64,000 bases of DNA from an uncultured bacterium (GTDB taxonomy: Bacteria > Desulfobacterota_D > UBA1144 > Nemesobacterales > UBA2774): positions 576,001 through 640,000 of the forward strand of contig CAVPJU010000010.1 in the NCBI GenBank assembly GCA_963705505.1, read 5' to 3'. Below the pieces are notes generated by a model that saw nothing but the letters and a program-made list of their open reading frames with translations, made no database searches and was not told where the DNA came from. Positions within the stretch are counted from its first letter, which is position 1; each line of letters begins with the position of its first letter. The position numbers were made by a program, and so were the translations under genes. Shown in pieces: positions 9,601 to 19,014 of the stretch.

Positions 9601-9976
9601 AGTCCACAACAAGGTCGTCGTCGGGGTGGTGAGTCAGCCTGTTCGGGACCCCGCCCTCAGACGGCATGGTATAAACATCGGTATTGCCGTCATAATTCCC
9701 GCTGAACGCAATTTCTGTCCCGTCCGGCGAAAATTTGGGGAAGAGCTCGCCTCCATTTGGCGAGCTTAGCCTGGCCGCGACTCCCCCTTTCTTGGGTACC
9801 ATCCATATGTCTCCCGCATAAACGAAGACTATTTTATCGGCGCTCACATCCGGGAACCGAAGCATGAGGGCGTTGGGCTTCGTTTCCACATTCGCCGGTG
9901 CTTCCTTAGGCTGTGCCGATGCCGGCATGATTCCGGTCAATATGGAGAAAAATAGAATGAGAAACATACTTTTCAT
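6695..9976 (-). CDS. Tricorn-like S41 protease, secreted
   Basis: Signal peptide, PD40/beta-propeller repeats, PDZ region, GELNSSHTY, DERFNGGG and SGSGGDAF catalytic motifs. Confidence 0.93.
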   Translation of the reverse strand: MKSMFLILFFSILTGIMPASAQPKEAPANVETKPNALMLRFPDVSADKIVFVYAGDIWMVPKKGGVAARLSSPNGGELFPKFSPDGTEIAFSGNYDGNTDVYTMPSEGGVPNRLTHHPDDDLVVDWYPDGKSILFRSNMMSPTQRYNRLFRVSEKGGMPEVLPLPYGELGSFSPDGKKLAFEYVAPMRGVWKRYKGGMASDIWVYDFASGSLDKLTDFPGTDTTPMWHGNNIYFLSDRGEEKKLNLWVFETDTKKTRQVTNFTEFDVKWPSLGPEDIVFENGGRLYLLSLSDESMSEVSVRVPYDLPEIRPRLKDLSDNISDISISPTGKRALFEARGEVLTVPAGEGSVRDLTNTSGIAERFPAWSPDGKYIAYLSDRTGEYELYIRQSDGEGQEERITKDGKVYRYKPEWSPDSRKLAFTDKTGRLYIVDTGEKLPKEVDKDDFENIGSYSWSPDSRWLAYAKNTPNDLKSVFIYDTKNGTTRRVTSNFYNNNGPVFDPEGKYLYFYSDRSFTPVYGDMDDTWIYPNSTQIYALTLKKDTMSPLAPRNEDEYVSGNAAKQAKQENAGNDGGVVIDFDGIEERAVKIPVNAGNFGPLNAANGKIVYLRFPPAGSNPQDPPSGILQYFDLGDRSEKTVIQGITDYALSSNGAKALYRSGDMYGIIDLSEGKKPGDGQIDVTRMKAFIDPRKEWTQIFNDAWRIERDFFYDPNMHGVDWQAVKERYASLLPYVVDREDLNYVISEMVGELNSSHTYVGGGDIEEAESVPVGLLGIDFGQDKKNEAYRIKKIYSGGEFNADVYSPLAQPGLKVREGDYILAVNGKSLDTAEDPWAAFQGLTGDTVTLTVNASPDMKGAREITVKVISKTEDQKLRYLDWVSGNKKKVDKDTEGRVGYVYVPDTGVFGQNELVRQFTPQTRKEAIIVDERFNGGGQVPDRFIELLNRPLLNYWAVREFKDEKTPSVSNNGPKVMIINGWSGSGGDAFPYYFRKAGLGPLVGTRTLGGLIGISGNPGLIDGGYITAPGYAFWNSHGKWDVEGYGVDPDYKVEDLPANLNDSPDPQLDKAIKVITDLLKKNPPKKPVRPQYEDRSGAG

Positions 9977-10243
9977 ACAAAGACCTCGCGGATTAGCTGT
10001 AGAATAGATTAGTCGTTCCCGTATCGGACGGGACTATCGCCAAAATCAATGCAGACCGTCAAAATATAAACTCAACGTTCCTTAAAAATATACCTCAATT
10101 AATAACATATATTAGTTTTGGAGAGTTTCAGGATGCCGGAAGCCCCGAAAAGCCGCCGGGGGCATTTTTTCAAAGAAATTACGAAAAGAAACGGGAATTA
10201 CCGAGTGCCCGGAAACAAGAAAAACTATTTTCAAAATCCGGCA

Positions 10244-11362
10244 TTAAGGTTTCCCGCTTATCTCAGAATAGTCCGATTCGAGGCTGTCCGTTTGCCTGCG
10301 CCTCTCGATAGCAAGCTCTATCAGCCTGTTCACGAGCTGGGCGTAGCTCACTCCGCTCACCTCCCAGAGGCGCGGGTACATGCTTATCTGCGTAAAACCG
10401 GGGATCGTGTTTATCTCGCTTACGAAAATTTCGTTCGTCCCATCCTCAAGCAGGAAATCCACCCTGCCGAGGCCGCTGCAGTCAAGGGCCTTGAATGTGC
10501 GTACGGCATAGTCCCTGAGCTTCTCCCGAGTCTCCTCGTCAAGCTCCGCAGGGGCGATCAGGCCCGTCCCCTCTTCGAGATATTTTGCGGTGTAGTCGTA
10601 GAACTCCCTGTGAGGCACGACCTCCCCCGGGCATGACGCCTGCGGCTCGTCGTTCCCCAGCACGCTCACCTCTATCTCACGGGGCTTCCTGACGGCGCGC
10701 TCGACGATCACCCTTTTCGAGAACCGGCATGAATATTCGACGGCGCCTTCGAGCTCGTCTTCCGTTTTTACCTTCGTGATCCCGACGCTCGAGCCCAGGT
10801 CGGCCGATTTGACGAAACAGGGAAACCCTATCTCTTTACGTATTCTCGATCTTACCGCTAACTTCCCTGTTTCCCAGTCATGTTTGTAGAAACCGATATA
10901 TTCGACAACGGGGAGCCCCGCGGCCTTAAGCAGAGCCTTCATCACTATCTTATCCATGCCCACGGAAGATCCCAGCACCGAGGCGCCGACGTACGGCACC
11001 CCCATGAGCTCGAACATACCCTGTACGGTCCCGTCCTCTCCGTAAGTCCCGTGAAGGACCGGGAAAATGACGTCGACCTTATGCTCGGACAGTAATCCCC
11101 TGTCTGATATCTCGTAAAACACAGGGTTTCCGGGACTGAGCGAAGGGGATAAAACCGAATCCCCGAAGAACTCTAGCCCGCCCTCTCCTAGCCATGAGGA
11201 TATAGACGCCTTTCGCCACGTCCCTTCTTTCTCTATATAAATCGGGAATACTTCGTACTTTTCAGGGTCCAGATTCCTGATTATCGACTTCGCCGAGAGG
11301 AGCGATACCTCGTGCTCCACAGACCTCCCGCCGAATATCACACCTACGGTTAATTTCGACAA
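10244..11362 (-). CDS. ddl: D-alanine--D-alanine ligase
   Basis: GGRSVEHEVS, LHGTYGEDG, GSSVGI and EINTIPGFT motifs. Confidence 0.96.
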   Translation of the reverse strand: MSKLTVGVIFGGRSVEHEVSLLSAKSIIRNLDPEKYEVFPIYIEKEGTWRKASISSWLGEGGLEFFGDSVLSPSLSPGNPVFYEISDRGLLSEHKVDVIFPVLHGTYGEDGTVQGMFELMGVPYVGASVLGSSVGMDKIVMKALLKAAGLPVVEYIGFYKHDWETGKLAVRSRIRKEIGFPCFVKSADLGSSVGITKVKTEDELEGAVEYSCRFSKRVIVERAVRKPREIEVSVLGNDEPQASCPGEVVPHREFYDYTAKYLEEGTGLIAPAELDEETREKLRDYAVRTFKALDCSGLGRVDFLLEDGTNEIFVSEINTIPGFTQISMYPRLWEVSGVSYAQLVNRLIELAIERRRQTDSLESDYSEISGKP

Positions 11363-11527
11363 GTATGCTATACTCCTATTATATAAATATCGGGAAAAAT
11401 TACTAACGGGTTACCTAAACCCCGTACTGTTGTCAATACCGGGTCCTGATGGCTTGCAAATAAAAAGTCTTAATGTAAAATCCAAACAACGCATTATAAG
11501 GTAATCAAAATTAAGGAGGCTAGAAAT

Positions 11528-12724
11528 ATGCAGAAAGTAGTGATTAGCGAACCGCTAAGGACTGCAATTGGGGCTTTTGGCGGCACATTGAAAGAAATAA
11601 GTCCGGCAAAGTTAGGATCTACAGTAGTAAAGGAAATACTTGACCGCACAGGGATCGATCCGAAGGAACTAGACGACTGCATTATGGGGAACATCCTGTG
11701 CGCGGGCCAGGGTATGAATATTTCAAGACAGATCTCGATCGGAGCGGGAATCCCCGTAGAAACACCCGCATTCACTATCAACAGGGTCTGCGGCTCGGGG
11801 GTACAGTCAATCGCGCTCGCGGCGCAGGCTATAAAGGCCGGTGACGCGGAGGCGATAATCGCCGGCGGCACCGAGAACATGAACCTCGCCCCCTTCTATC
11901 TCCAGAAAGCCCGCTACGGCTACAGGATGGGCATGCCGAAAGACGAAATCGTGGACGGCATGGTATATGACGGCCTCTGGGACATATTCAACGACTACCA
12001 CATGGGCGTAACCGCCGAGAACCTGGCGGAAAGCTACAACATTACAAAAGACGAGCAGGACGAATTCGCATACAAGAGCCAGATGAAATGCAAGGCGGCT
12101 CAGGACGAGGGTAAATTCAAGGACGAGATAGTACCGATAATGATCGCCCAGAGGAGGGGCGACCCCATTCCTTTCGAAAGGGACGAGCACCCGAAAGGCG
12201 ATACGACTCTGGAAACTCTAAAGGGTCTCCGCGCGGTGTTCAAGGTGGGCGGTACAGTCTCTGCCGGTAACGCGTCCGGCATCAACGACGGCGCAGCGGC
12301 CGTCCTCGTCACATCGGAAAAGAAAGCGAAAGACCTGGGATTAAAGCCGGTAGCCTCTATCATATCTTACGCTGTCGGCGGAGTAGACCCTTCGATAATG
12401 GGCATAGGCCCTGTCCCCGCGATCCAGAAGGCGCTCGATAAAGCCAAGCTTTCGCTCGACGACATCGACCTCTTCGAGCTGAACGAGGCTTTCGCGGCCC
12501 AGTCGCTGGCGGTGCTGAGGGACCTCCCGATACCCGAAGAAAAGATCAACGTGAACGGCGGAGCGATAGCGCTCGGACACCCGATCGGCGCTTCCGGGAC
12601 GAGGATACTCGTCACGCTGCTTCATGAAATGGGCAAGAGAAAGAAGGTGAAACGCGGTCTCGCGGCGCTCTGTATCGGCGGCGGCATGGGGATTGCGATT
12701 ATAGTCGAGAAGGAAAAGAATTAA
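11528..12724 (+). CDS. Acetyl-CoA C-acetyltransferase (thiolase)
   Basis: INRVCGSG, NEAFA, GHPIGASG and CIGGGMG motifs. Confidence 0.95.
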   Translation: MQKVVISEPLRTAIGAFGGTLKEISPAKLGSTVVKEILDRTGIDPKELDDCIMGNILCAGQGMNISRQISIGAGIPVETPAFTINRVCGSGVQSIALAAQAIKAGDAEAIIAGGTENMNLAPFYLQKARYGYRMGMPKDEIVDGMVYDGLWDIFNDYHMGVTAENLAESYNITKDEQDEFAYKSQMKCKAAQDEGKFKDEIVPIMIAQRRGDPIPFERDEHPKGDTTLETLKGLRAVFKVGGTVSAGNASGINDGAAAVLVTSEKKAKDLGLKPVASIISYAVGGVDPSIMGIGPVPAIQKALDKAKLSLDDIDLFELNEAFAAQSLAVLRDLPIPEEKINVNGGAIALGHPIGASGTRILVTLLHEMGKRKKVKRGLAALCIGGGMGIAIIVEKEKN

Positions 12725-12743
12725 AATTTAGCTAATCAACCGG

Positions 12744-12765
12744 GGGGAGGGAAACCGCCCTCCCC
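12744..12765 (+). terminator. GC-rich hairpin after the thiolase gene
   Basis: GGGGAGGG-N6-CCCTCCCC; weak T tail. Confidence 0.45.
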
Positions 12766-12806
12766 TCGCTCCTTACGTACTCTTCTCTTTCCTGCACACC
12801 CAACAC

Positions 12807-12929
12807 TGTCATTTCGACCAACGGGAGAAATCTATTCTTGTCTTTCAATCCCCTTGGGATTTATATGGTTTGCTGAATTTGCGAGAATAAAAGGTAAAGA
12901 CGAGATCCTGAATCAAGTTCAGGATGACA
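12807..12929. repeat. Inverted pair of short REP-like palindromic elements
   Basis: TGTCATTTCGACC..GGGAGAAATCT at 12807-12833 and GAGATCCTGAATCAAGTTCAGGATGACA at 12902-12929; TGTCAT/ATGACA outer ends. Confidence 0.55.
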
Positions 12930-12994
12930 AGTAAGAAGATAAAAGCGAGACTGCCTCACTATCTGCTCAAAATGACTTGCTTGTTGAACAACGG

Positions 12995-13447
12995 CTAGGG
13001 CTGGATCACCAGCGAATATTTCCGCGGCCTGAACAGCTTCTTAAATTTCTTCGGCACAGGGGCGACCTTGCGCTCGGCATAATTCATGAACACGATCCCT
13101 GTCTTCGCAATGGCAACCAGCCTCCCCGTCTCCTTTTCGCTGAGCCTATAGACGAGATCGCATCCGTACTTGGTAAAATCGCACACGGCTATCTCGACCG
13201 CCATCGTCTCCCCGTAGAAGCTCTCGGATTTATAGACGATCGCGACGTCTGACAATACTATCCCCGGCCCGTCCACGTCGAGCTCGGAGAAGCCGTAATG
13301 TATGAAAAACCTGACCCTCGCCTCGTGTGTGAGAGACAGTATCGAATCGTGCCCGAGGTGCCCCCCGTAGTTAATATCGCTGATTCTCAAGTCTATTTGA
13401 GTAGAAAACACGGAGCTCCTGGGGAACTCCATCTTTATCCTCGCCAT
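12995..13447 (-). CDS. Hotdog-fold acyl-CoA thioesterase (4HBT-like)
   Basis: RISDINYGGHLGHD..HEAR motif. Confidence 0.88.
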   Translation of the reverse strand: MARIKMEFPRSSVFSTQIDLRISDINYGGHLGHDSILSLTHEARVRFFIHYGFSELDVDGPGIVLSDVAIVYKSESFYGETMAVEIAVCDFTKYGCDLVYRLSEKETGRLVAIAKTGIVFMNYAERKVAPVPKKFKKLFRPRKYSLVIQP

Positions 13448-13624
13448 GTGAGTGTCCTTTCAAAATCGTATTGTTTGCTTTTCATAATCGGATGAGAAAT
13501 TCGGAGACTTCCGGAAATAAACCCTCGCTTCCGCGACCGATTTAAAATTCCATTTGACATCCTGCCGAATCATTTGCTAAATTTGTATTATACTTAACGA
13601 AACGGCACGGGTGAACAACGCACG

Positions 13625-14176
13625 ATGACAATCGGCAAAATCAACTCTGCTTCCATAAAGTCGTTCTTCAGCAACCTCGTCAACATGAGCTTCCTCGACC
13701 TCGGGAAGGAAAAGGACAGGGACGCGGCCGGATACCTGATAGACATGCTGACCGAGTTCGCCCGCACCGAGAGCCTTTATAAACTAAGCGACGCCGAAGG
13801 GAAAAGAATCCAAACGATCGTAGAGATGCTCCTCGAAAGCAAGAATGCCGCTCCCGATAACGCCGGTTATGAAAGGGAAGTGAGGAAGTATGTGGGGGAT
13901 TTCGCACTATTCATGAGCGGCATATTCAGGGACTATGTGAACAGGGGCTCATACCTCCGCTACTATATGAACGAGGGAATGAAATCCTACCTGGTCGTCT
14001 CGCGGCTCGACCTCGAGAGGGGCGAAGGCAACCCAATAATGTTCAGCAAGCTGTCGAGGGAGTTCGAATTCTACTCGGGGGCGCTTGACTACATGAGGAG
14101 GGTGTATTTCGGCCCGGAGAAGCCGGGAGACCCCTTTCATGGCTTCGCCGCCCATCTTTCGAGAATCAGGCACTGA
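13625..14176 (+). CDS. Conserved-looking hypothetical protein
   Basis: ORF with a TTGACA promoter-like element at 13554; motif R..GDFALF.SG.F...YY...G...Y. Confidence 0.7.
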   Translation: MTIGKINSASIKSFFSNLVNMSFLDLGKEKDRDAAGYLIDMLTEFARTESLYKLSDAEGKRIQTIVEMLLESKNAAPDNAGYEREVRKYVGDFALFMSGIFRDYVNRGSYLRYYMNEGMKSYLVVSRLDLERGEGNPIMFSKLSREFEFYSGALDYMRRVYFGPEKPGDPFHGFAAHLSRIRH

Positions 14177-14225
14177 GCCTGCTCCGATAGATTCCCGTCG
14201 CAATCTTTTGTCATAGCGCCAAAGT

Positions 14226-15275
14226 TCATTTCCTGAAATGAGGAAGTATCTCCTTTGACAATACCTTGAGCGATTTCTCCCTGTCCGGACTGAAATCCCT
14301 CAGGATAAAGTGATCAACGCCGACGTCCGCATATTCCTCGAATCTTTCTATAATGTCCCTCTTCGAGCCCGCAGCAACGAAATCGAACACGATATCCCGC
14401 GAATAATATTTATCGCCCATCTCTCTGAACCTCCGCATCATCTCGGTGTCGTTGGGCATTATCTTCGTGTATTCGAGCCCCTTGTATTCGTCGTCGATCT
14501 TTATATCGTAACCTGCCTGCAGTAGAAGCTCCGGCCATATAAGGGCGTGCTTAATAGGTTCGAGCGATTTGTAAGCCTCGTCCTTGTTCTCGGCAATGGA
14601 AGTGAATATATAAAGCGTCTTCTCGGGACCGCCCTCTCCGTCTTCCCTTTCCCGCGCTGCCTCCCCCACCGCCCGGGCTTTCTCGGCGAAGAGCCTCGGG
14701 GGCATAGCGTTCGTCACCCATCCGTCCCCGTACCTGCCCGCGATCCTGAGCGCTCTCGGCCCCGTTGCTGCAACGTATATGGGGACTCTCTTGCCGTTTA
14801 CGGGCTCTATCCTCAGCTCCGCTTCTTTGAGCTTGTACATCTCGCCATCGAAATTTACAGGCTCCCCGCTCCAGAGTGCGCGCATGATCTTTATCGACTC
14901 CTCGACACGGGTGAGGGGCCTATCCCAATTGATCCCGTAAGGATCGAGGTTCATCTTTTCCCCGTAGCCGACGCAGACGAAAATCCTCCCGTTCGAAATC
15001 CTGTCTATAGTGGCGAGCCGGTGCGCGAATACGGCCGGGTGCATCCTGTGCGCGTCCCCTACGGTGCCCATCCGTATCTTCCCCGTTTTCATCGCGGCCG
15101 CGGTCACTACGGACCAGACCTCGGGTGTAACCCTCTTGGCCATGAAAACGATGTGGTCGGGGAACCAGACGGTGTCGAACCCGGCATTCTCGGCGGTTAT
15201 CGTGAAATTGATCAACCCTTCCACGGATTCGCCGGGGACGGGCGCGGTGATACCGAATTTTATGTTTTTACTCAT
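14226..15275 (-). CDS. LLM-class (luciferase-like) flavin-dependent oxidoreductase
   Basis: AENAGFDTVWFPDH, DRISNGR and GRYGDGW motifs; start moved to MSKNIKFG. Confidence 0.9.
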   Translation of the reverse strand: MSKNIKFGITAPVPGESVEGLINFTITAENAGFDTVWFPDHIVFMAKRVTPEVWSVVTAAAMKTGKIRMGTVGDAHRMHPAVFAHRLATIDRISNGRIFVCVGYGEKMNLDPYGINWDRPLTRVEESIKIMRALWSGEPVNFDGEMYKLKEAELRIEPVNGKRVPIYVAATGPRALRIAGRYGDGWVTNAMPPRLFAEKARAVGEAAREREDGEGGPEKTLYIFTSIAENKDEAYKSLEPIKHALIWPELLLQAGYDIKIDDEYKGLEYTKIMPNDTEMMRRFREMGDKYYSRDIVFDFVAAGSKRDIIERFEEYADVGVDHFILRDFSPDREKSLKVLSKEILPHFRK

Positions 15276-15446
15276 TATTGAAGCCCCCCATTTATGGTTC
15301 ATAAAGCTCAGAAATTATACACAAACTTATTTTAACCTCTTAACTTGATTTTTGTAAAACCAATAGTTATTATTTCCTACCCTAAATACACCACAACAAC
15401 GAATTCCCACCTAAACGAGCGGGAAAGAGGCGGAGGTAGCAGAAAA

Positions 15447-15686
15447 ATGGATAGATTGGAAAAACTCGAAAAAGAACATGCTAGCAAACATGTCGACATA
15501 GAATCCAAACGCTTTTTCTTCGATGTGAAGGAAAACCACAAAGGCAAATACCTGAGAATCACGGAGCTCAGCGGGGGAAGGTCCTGTATAGTCATCCCTC
15601 TCGGGGGAATTAATCTCTTCAAAGAGAGACTCGGAGAGGTTATACAGGAAGCGGAAAAGCTCATCGACTCCAACGGGAGCATGTAG
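15447..15686 (+). CDS. Single PUR-repeat nucleic-acid-binding protein (Pur-alpha/BpuR-like)
   Basis: ASKHVDIESKRFFFDVKEN.KGKYLRITE..GGRSCIVIP; GGAGG RBS before the ATG at 15447. Confidence 0.85.
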   Translation: MDRLEKLEKEHASKHVDIESKRFFFDVKENHKGKYLRITELSGGRSCIVIPLGGINLFKERLGEVIQEAEKLIDSNGSM

Positions 15687-15690
15687 TCCC

Positions 15691-15715
15691 TTCCATTCGG
15701 TATATCCGAATGGAA
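15691..15715 (+). terminator. Hairpin after the PUR gene
   Basis: TTCCATTCGG-TATAT-CCGAATGGAA, perfect 10-bp stem. Confidence 0.55.
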
Positions 15716-15795
15716 AGCTGCGCTTCTCACCAAAACGGTCAAAGAAACTACGCCGCTTGGCTAAGCGGACAGAAGAGTTTTTTACACCTTGTGAT

Positions 15796-15840
15796 AAAAG
15801 AAATGCGCCCGGCGAGGGCTTGCGTCCCCACCGGGCATAT
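15796..15840 (-). terminator. Intrinsic terminator of the Cys-rich lipoprotein gene
   Basis: Minus strand ATATGCCCGG..CCGGGCGCAT followed by TTCTTTT. Confidence 0.55.
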
Positions 15841-15860
15841 GTATGAACTTTATCAAGAAG

Positions 15861-16611
15861 CTATTCGCATTTGAACTCGTCTGCAGGCTGAGGGTTCCCT
15901 ATCCCGCATGCCATCGCAGCATTAATTGACGGGAATAGGTCGAGCGTACCGGCAGACCACAATTCGGTACAGCGGGATTTGTTGCATTGACCGCCGCGGG
16001 TTACGAACGTATGGCTTGGGGCTACACTGGCAGGAAATACAGGGCATCTGCAAATGACCTGCGTCGGATCCTCGGGGTCTAATTCACATGGCTGATTATA
16101 GCAGTCAGCAAACGTTAACTGAGCATCGAATTCGTCCTGGTCGCATGTGAGCACCCTATTATCCGAATTGTTGAACTGGAACGAATAGGTCGAGATGCTC
16201 GAAGTGCCCACGGCCTTCCTGTCTTCGCACGGCGCCTTCCCAATGGAATTACCGTTAACGAGAGGACACTTGCAGAGAGCGTGCTCGATAATGTCCCCGA
16301 CCGTGCCCTCGCCCGACCCGATAACAGACGTTGCGCTCTCGAAACCCGTCAGGGTCACTTCGCCGAGGCCCTCACAGGGCGCCGCGATACAGAGTCCGTA
16401 AAACTGCTGGCACATGTTGCCCCCCCAGCACCGCCGGATTCGAGAATGGATTTTCGGGACTGCACAGGTTCTGGACGACCGGCTCCTGGCTATTTGAGGA
16501 ATTGCACCCGGTTCCCATCAATACGACAAGACAAAGGGGAATACATATTGCGAAAAAGGAAAAAGACAGCTGTTTTAAAGATCCAAAGAATTTGACTTTA
16601 ATAAGCGACAT
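15861..16611 (-). CDS. Cys-rich secreted or lipoprotein, frameshifted in a G7 run near 16420-16426
   Basis: Two overlapping ORFs join if one G is removed (NPAVLGG|NMCQQFYGLC); lipobox-like MGTGC. Confidence 0.7.
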
Positions 16612-16880
16612 CTTACTCCTCCTTTAAATTGTATTATTTGGTGTTAATTGCACCATCGATGTGCTAAAAATAAGGCTGATTAATTAAATTATCAACTGGT
16701 ATGAAAGATATAAATTTTATATTAAGACGGTAAATTAGATAAAAAAGGCGGGAAAATCGGATAAACAGAAAATTCAAACAGATATGCGGGAAAGCAGGAC
16801 GAGTTAAAACATTAATTTTTTATCATCGGCTTTACTACCTAATCCTTAAACATAACCCTCTGAGTTTTCAAAACTCAGGT

Positions 16881-18143
16881 TTACCCCTCAAATTCCGGAA
16901 TCGTCTCCCCGCTCAGCATTTCGTCATAGGTTTCCCTCTTCCTGACAACCCGGAACTCTCCCCCCTTTACGAGGACCTCAGGCACACGGGGACGCGTGTT
17001 GTAGTTGGAGGACATAGCGAATCCATAGGCCCCGGCGCTCATTACCGTGAGCAGGTCGCCGCTTTTTACAACTGGGAACTTTCTGTCCTTCGCGAGAAAA
17101 TCCCCCGATTCGCAGATGGGCCCCACGACGTCCACTTTCTCTTTGGCCTTGGCAGGCCCGCTCACGGTCAGTATCTCATGATACGACTCGTAGAACGCGG
17201 GACGTATGAGGTCGTTCATTGCGGCATCGACAATTACGAACTTCTTCGCCGTCCCTTCCTTAAGGAATAAAACCTTCGTCACGAGAATCCCCGCGTTACC
17301 TATGAGAGACCTCCCAGGCTCGAGCACCAGCTTATACGGCTTACCGCCGACAGCGCCTGCAATCACTTCGGCGTACTCCTTCGGATGAGGCGGTATCTCG
17401 TCCATCTTGTAGCTAATTCCGAGACCGCCGCCGATGTCGATATATTCTATTTCGATTCCGTTATCTATAAGATCGTCCGCCAGGCGCACGAGCTTCGTCA
17501 ACGAATCCACAAACGGAGTGAGCTCGAAAATCTGAGAGCCAATGTGCGCATCTATAGCGGTGACGCGTATCCCGTCCATCGAGCTCGCTTCCTTATAAAC
17601 TTCAAACGCCTTCCCTATCTCGATCCCGAACTTGCTCTTTTTAAACCCGGTGGAAATGTAGGGATGGGTCTTAGGGTCTATGTCCGGGTTGACGCGGAGC
17701 GCCACGGGGGCTTTGCATCCGAGCTCCAGTCCGATCTTGTTCAGGAGGCGCAGCTCCTCGACGGATTCCACGTTGAAGAACAGTATCCCGGCCTCGATCG
17801 CCGCCCTCATCTCTGCTTCAGTTTTGCCAACACCCGAAAATACCACTTTCGACGGGTCTCCCCCCGCACGCTGCACTCGAACGAGCTCGCCCAGAGAAAC
17901 TATGTCGAATCCCGCTCCGAGCCCTGCGAAAGAATTCAGTATGGCGAGATTGGAATTCGCCTTAACCGAATAGCACATCAACGTCTCGATACCTGAGAAT
18001 GCGTCCTTATAACTGAGGAATGCGTCCTTTAACACCGCGTAGCTGTAGATATAGCAGGGCGTGCCGACTGATTCGGCAATTTTCCTTACGGGGACGTTCT
18101 CGACATAAAACTCACCGTCTCTATATTGATAAGAAAGATGCAT
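16881..18143 (-). CDS. lysA: Diaminopimelate decarboxylase
   Basis: YSVKAN, HIGSQ, EPGRS, GPICESGD and GAYG motifs. Confidence 0.96.
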   Translation of the reverse strand: MHLSYQYRDGEFYVENVPVRKIAESVGTPCYIYSYAVLKDAFLSYKDAFSGIETLMCYSVKANSNLAILNSFAGLGAGFDIVSLGELVRVQRAGGDPSKVVFSGVGKTEAEMRAAIEAGILFFNVESVEELRLLNKIGLELGCKAPVALRVNPDIDPKTHPYISTGFKKSKFGIEIGKAFEVYKEASSMDGIRVTAIDAHIGSQIFELTPFVDSLTKLVRLADDLIDNGIEIEYIDIGGGLGISYKMDEIPPHPKEYAEVIAGAVGGKPYKLVLEPGRSLIGNAGILVTKVLFLKEGTAKKFVIVDAAMNDLIRPAFYESYHEILTVSGPAKAKEKVDVVGPICESGDFLAKDRKFPVVKSGDLLTVMSAGAYGFAMSSNYNTRPRVPEVLVKGGEFRVVRKRETYDEMLSGETIPEFEG

Positions 18144-18256
18144 TAACCGAATTCTCCTTGGAACGAGCCGGGAAGAAATTTACACAAACTATTTCAAATG
18201 AAAACAGGGAATAATAAAGCTGCAATCTATCCGGATTTCATATCGAACATCAGCGA

Positions 18257-18850
18257 CTACAATCTCCCCTTCAAATATTCGTCAACATAATCGAGCCTGT
18301 CGTTCCCCCAGAACATCTTGTCCCCGATGAATATCGTGGGCGCTCCGAAAGCCCCGCGGGCCGCGGCTTTTGAAGTTTCCTGCCTGAGCCTGTCTTTAAT
18401 ATCCTGCTCGCCTATACGCGCAATAAACCAGTCGGGGTCGATCCCTATTCCGGCGACCGCCTCCTTGAGCACGTCGTCCTTGCTCAGGTCCCTGCCCTCA
18501 GTCCAGTAGAGCCTGAACATCTCATGGTTATATTCCGCTAATTTGCCCTTTTCCGCCGCCGCGAACGCACCCCTCATGGTCTTCACGCTGTTTAGTGGGA
18601 ATACGTCGGGAAATTTGAATTCCACACCGAAATGTTTGGCGGAGTCCCTAGTGTCCTGCTTTATATATGCGAATTTGTTGCCGATTTCTATCGCGGGCTT
18701 CACTCCGGTGTCGTTGAACAGGCCGCCGAGTAAAAAGGGCTTCCATTCGAGCTCTGCGCCGTTTTCCTCACATATCTTCTCTATCCTCGTCGAGGCTATG
18801 TATGTGTAAGGACTGCTGAAATCGTAGTAGAATTCTAGCTTCTTTCCCAT
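18257..18850 (-). CDS. 2-hydroxychromene-2-carboxylate isomerase / DsbA-like (GST kappa) protein
   Basis: YYDFSSPYTY, GAFGAPT and FWGNDRL motifs; start at MGKKLEF. Confidence 0.9.
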   Translation of the reverse strand: MGKKLEFYYDFSSPYTYIASTRIEKICEENGAELEWKPFLLGGLFNDTGVKPAIEIGNKFAYIKQDTRDSAKHFGVEFKFPDVFPLNSVKTMRGAFAAAEKGKLAEYNHEMFRLYWTEGRDLSKDDVLKEAVAGIGIDPDWFIARIGEQDIKDRLRQETSKAAARGAFGAPTIFIGDKMFWGNDRLDYVDEYLKGRL

Positions 18851-19014
18851 TCTTCGTCTCCGGAACGCATTAGTGTAAATGGGATTATATGAAATTAGGG
18901 GTTTAATATCAAGAAGCCGGGAATCCGGTCGGTAACCCAGTATTCCGTATTCATCACTGATTGACCACTGTGCCTCCTGTGATAAACTCAAATATATATT
19001 TATAACCAGCCAAA

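Noticed and set aside
18921..18951. GAATCC...CGTATT upstream of hemD-hemE
   Set aside because: The spacer is 19 bp, not 16
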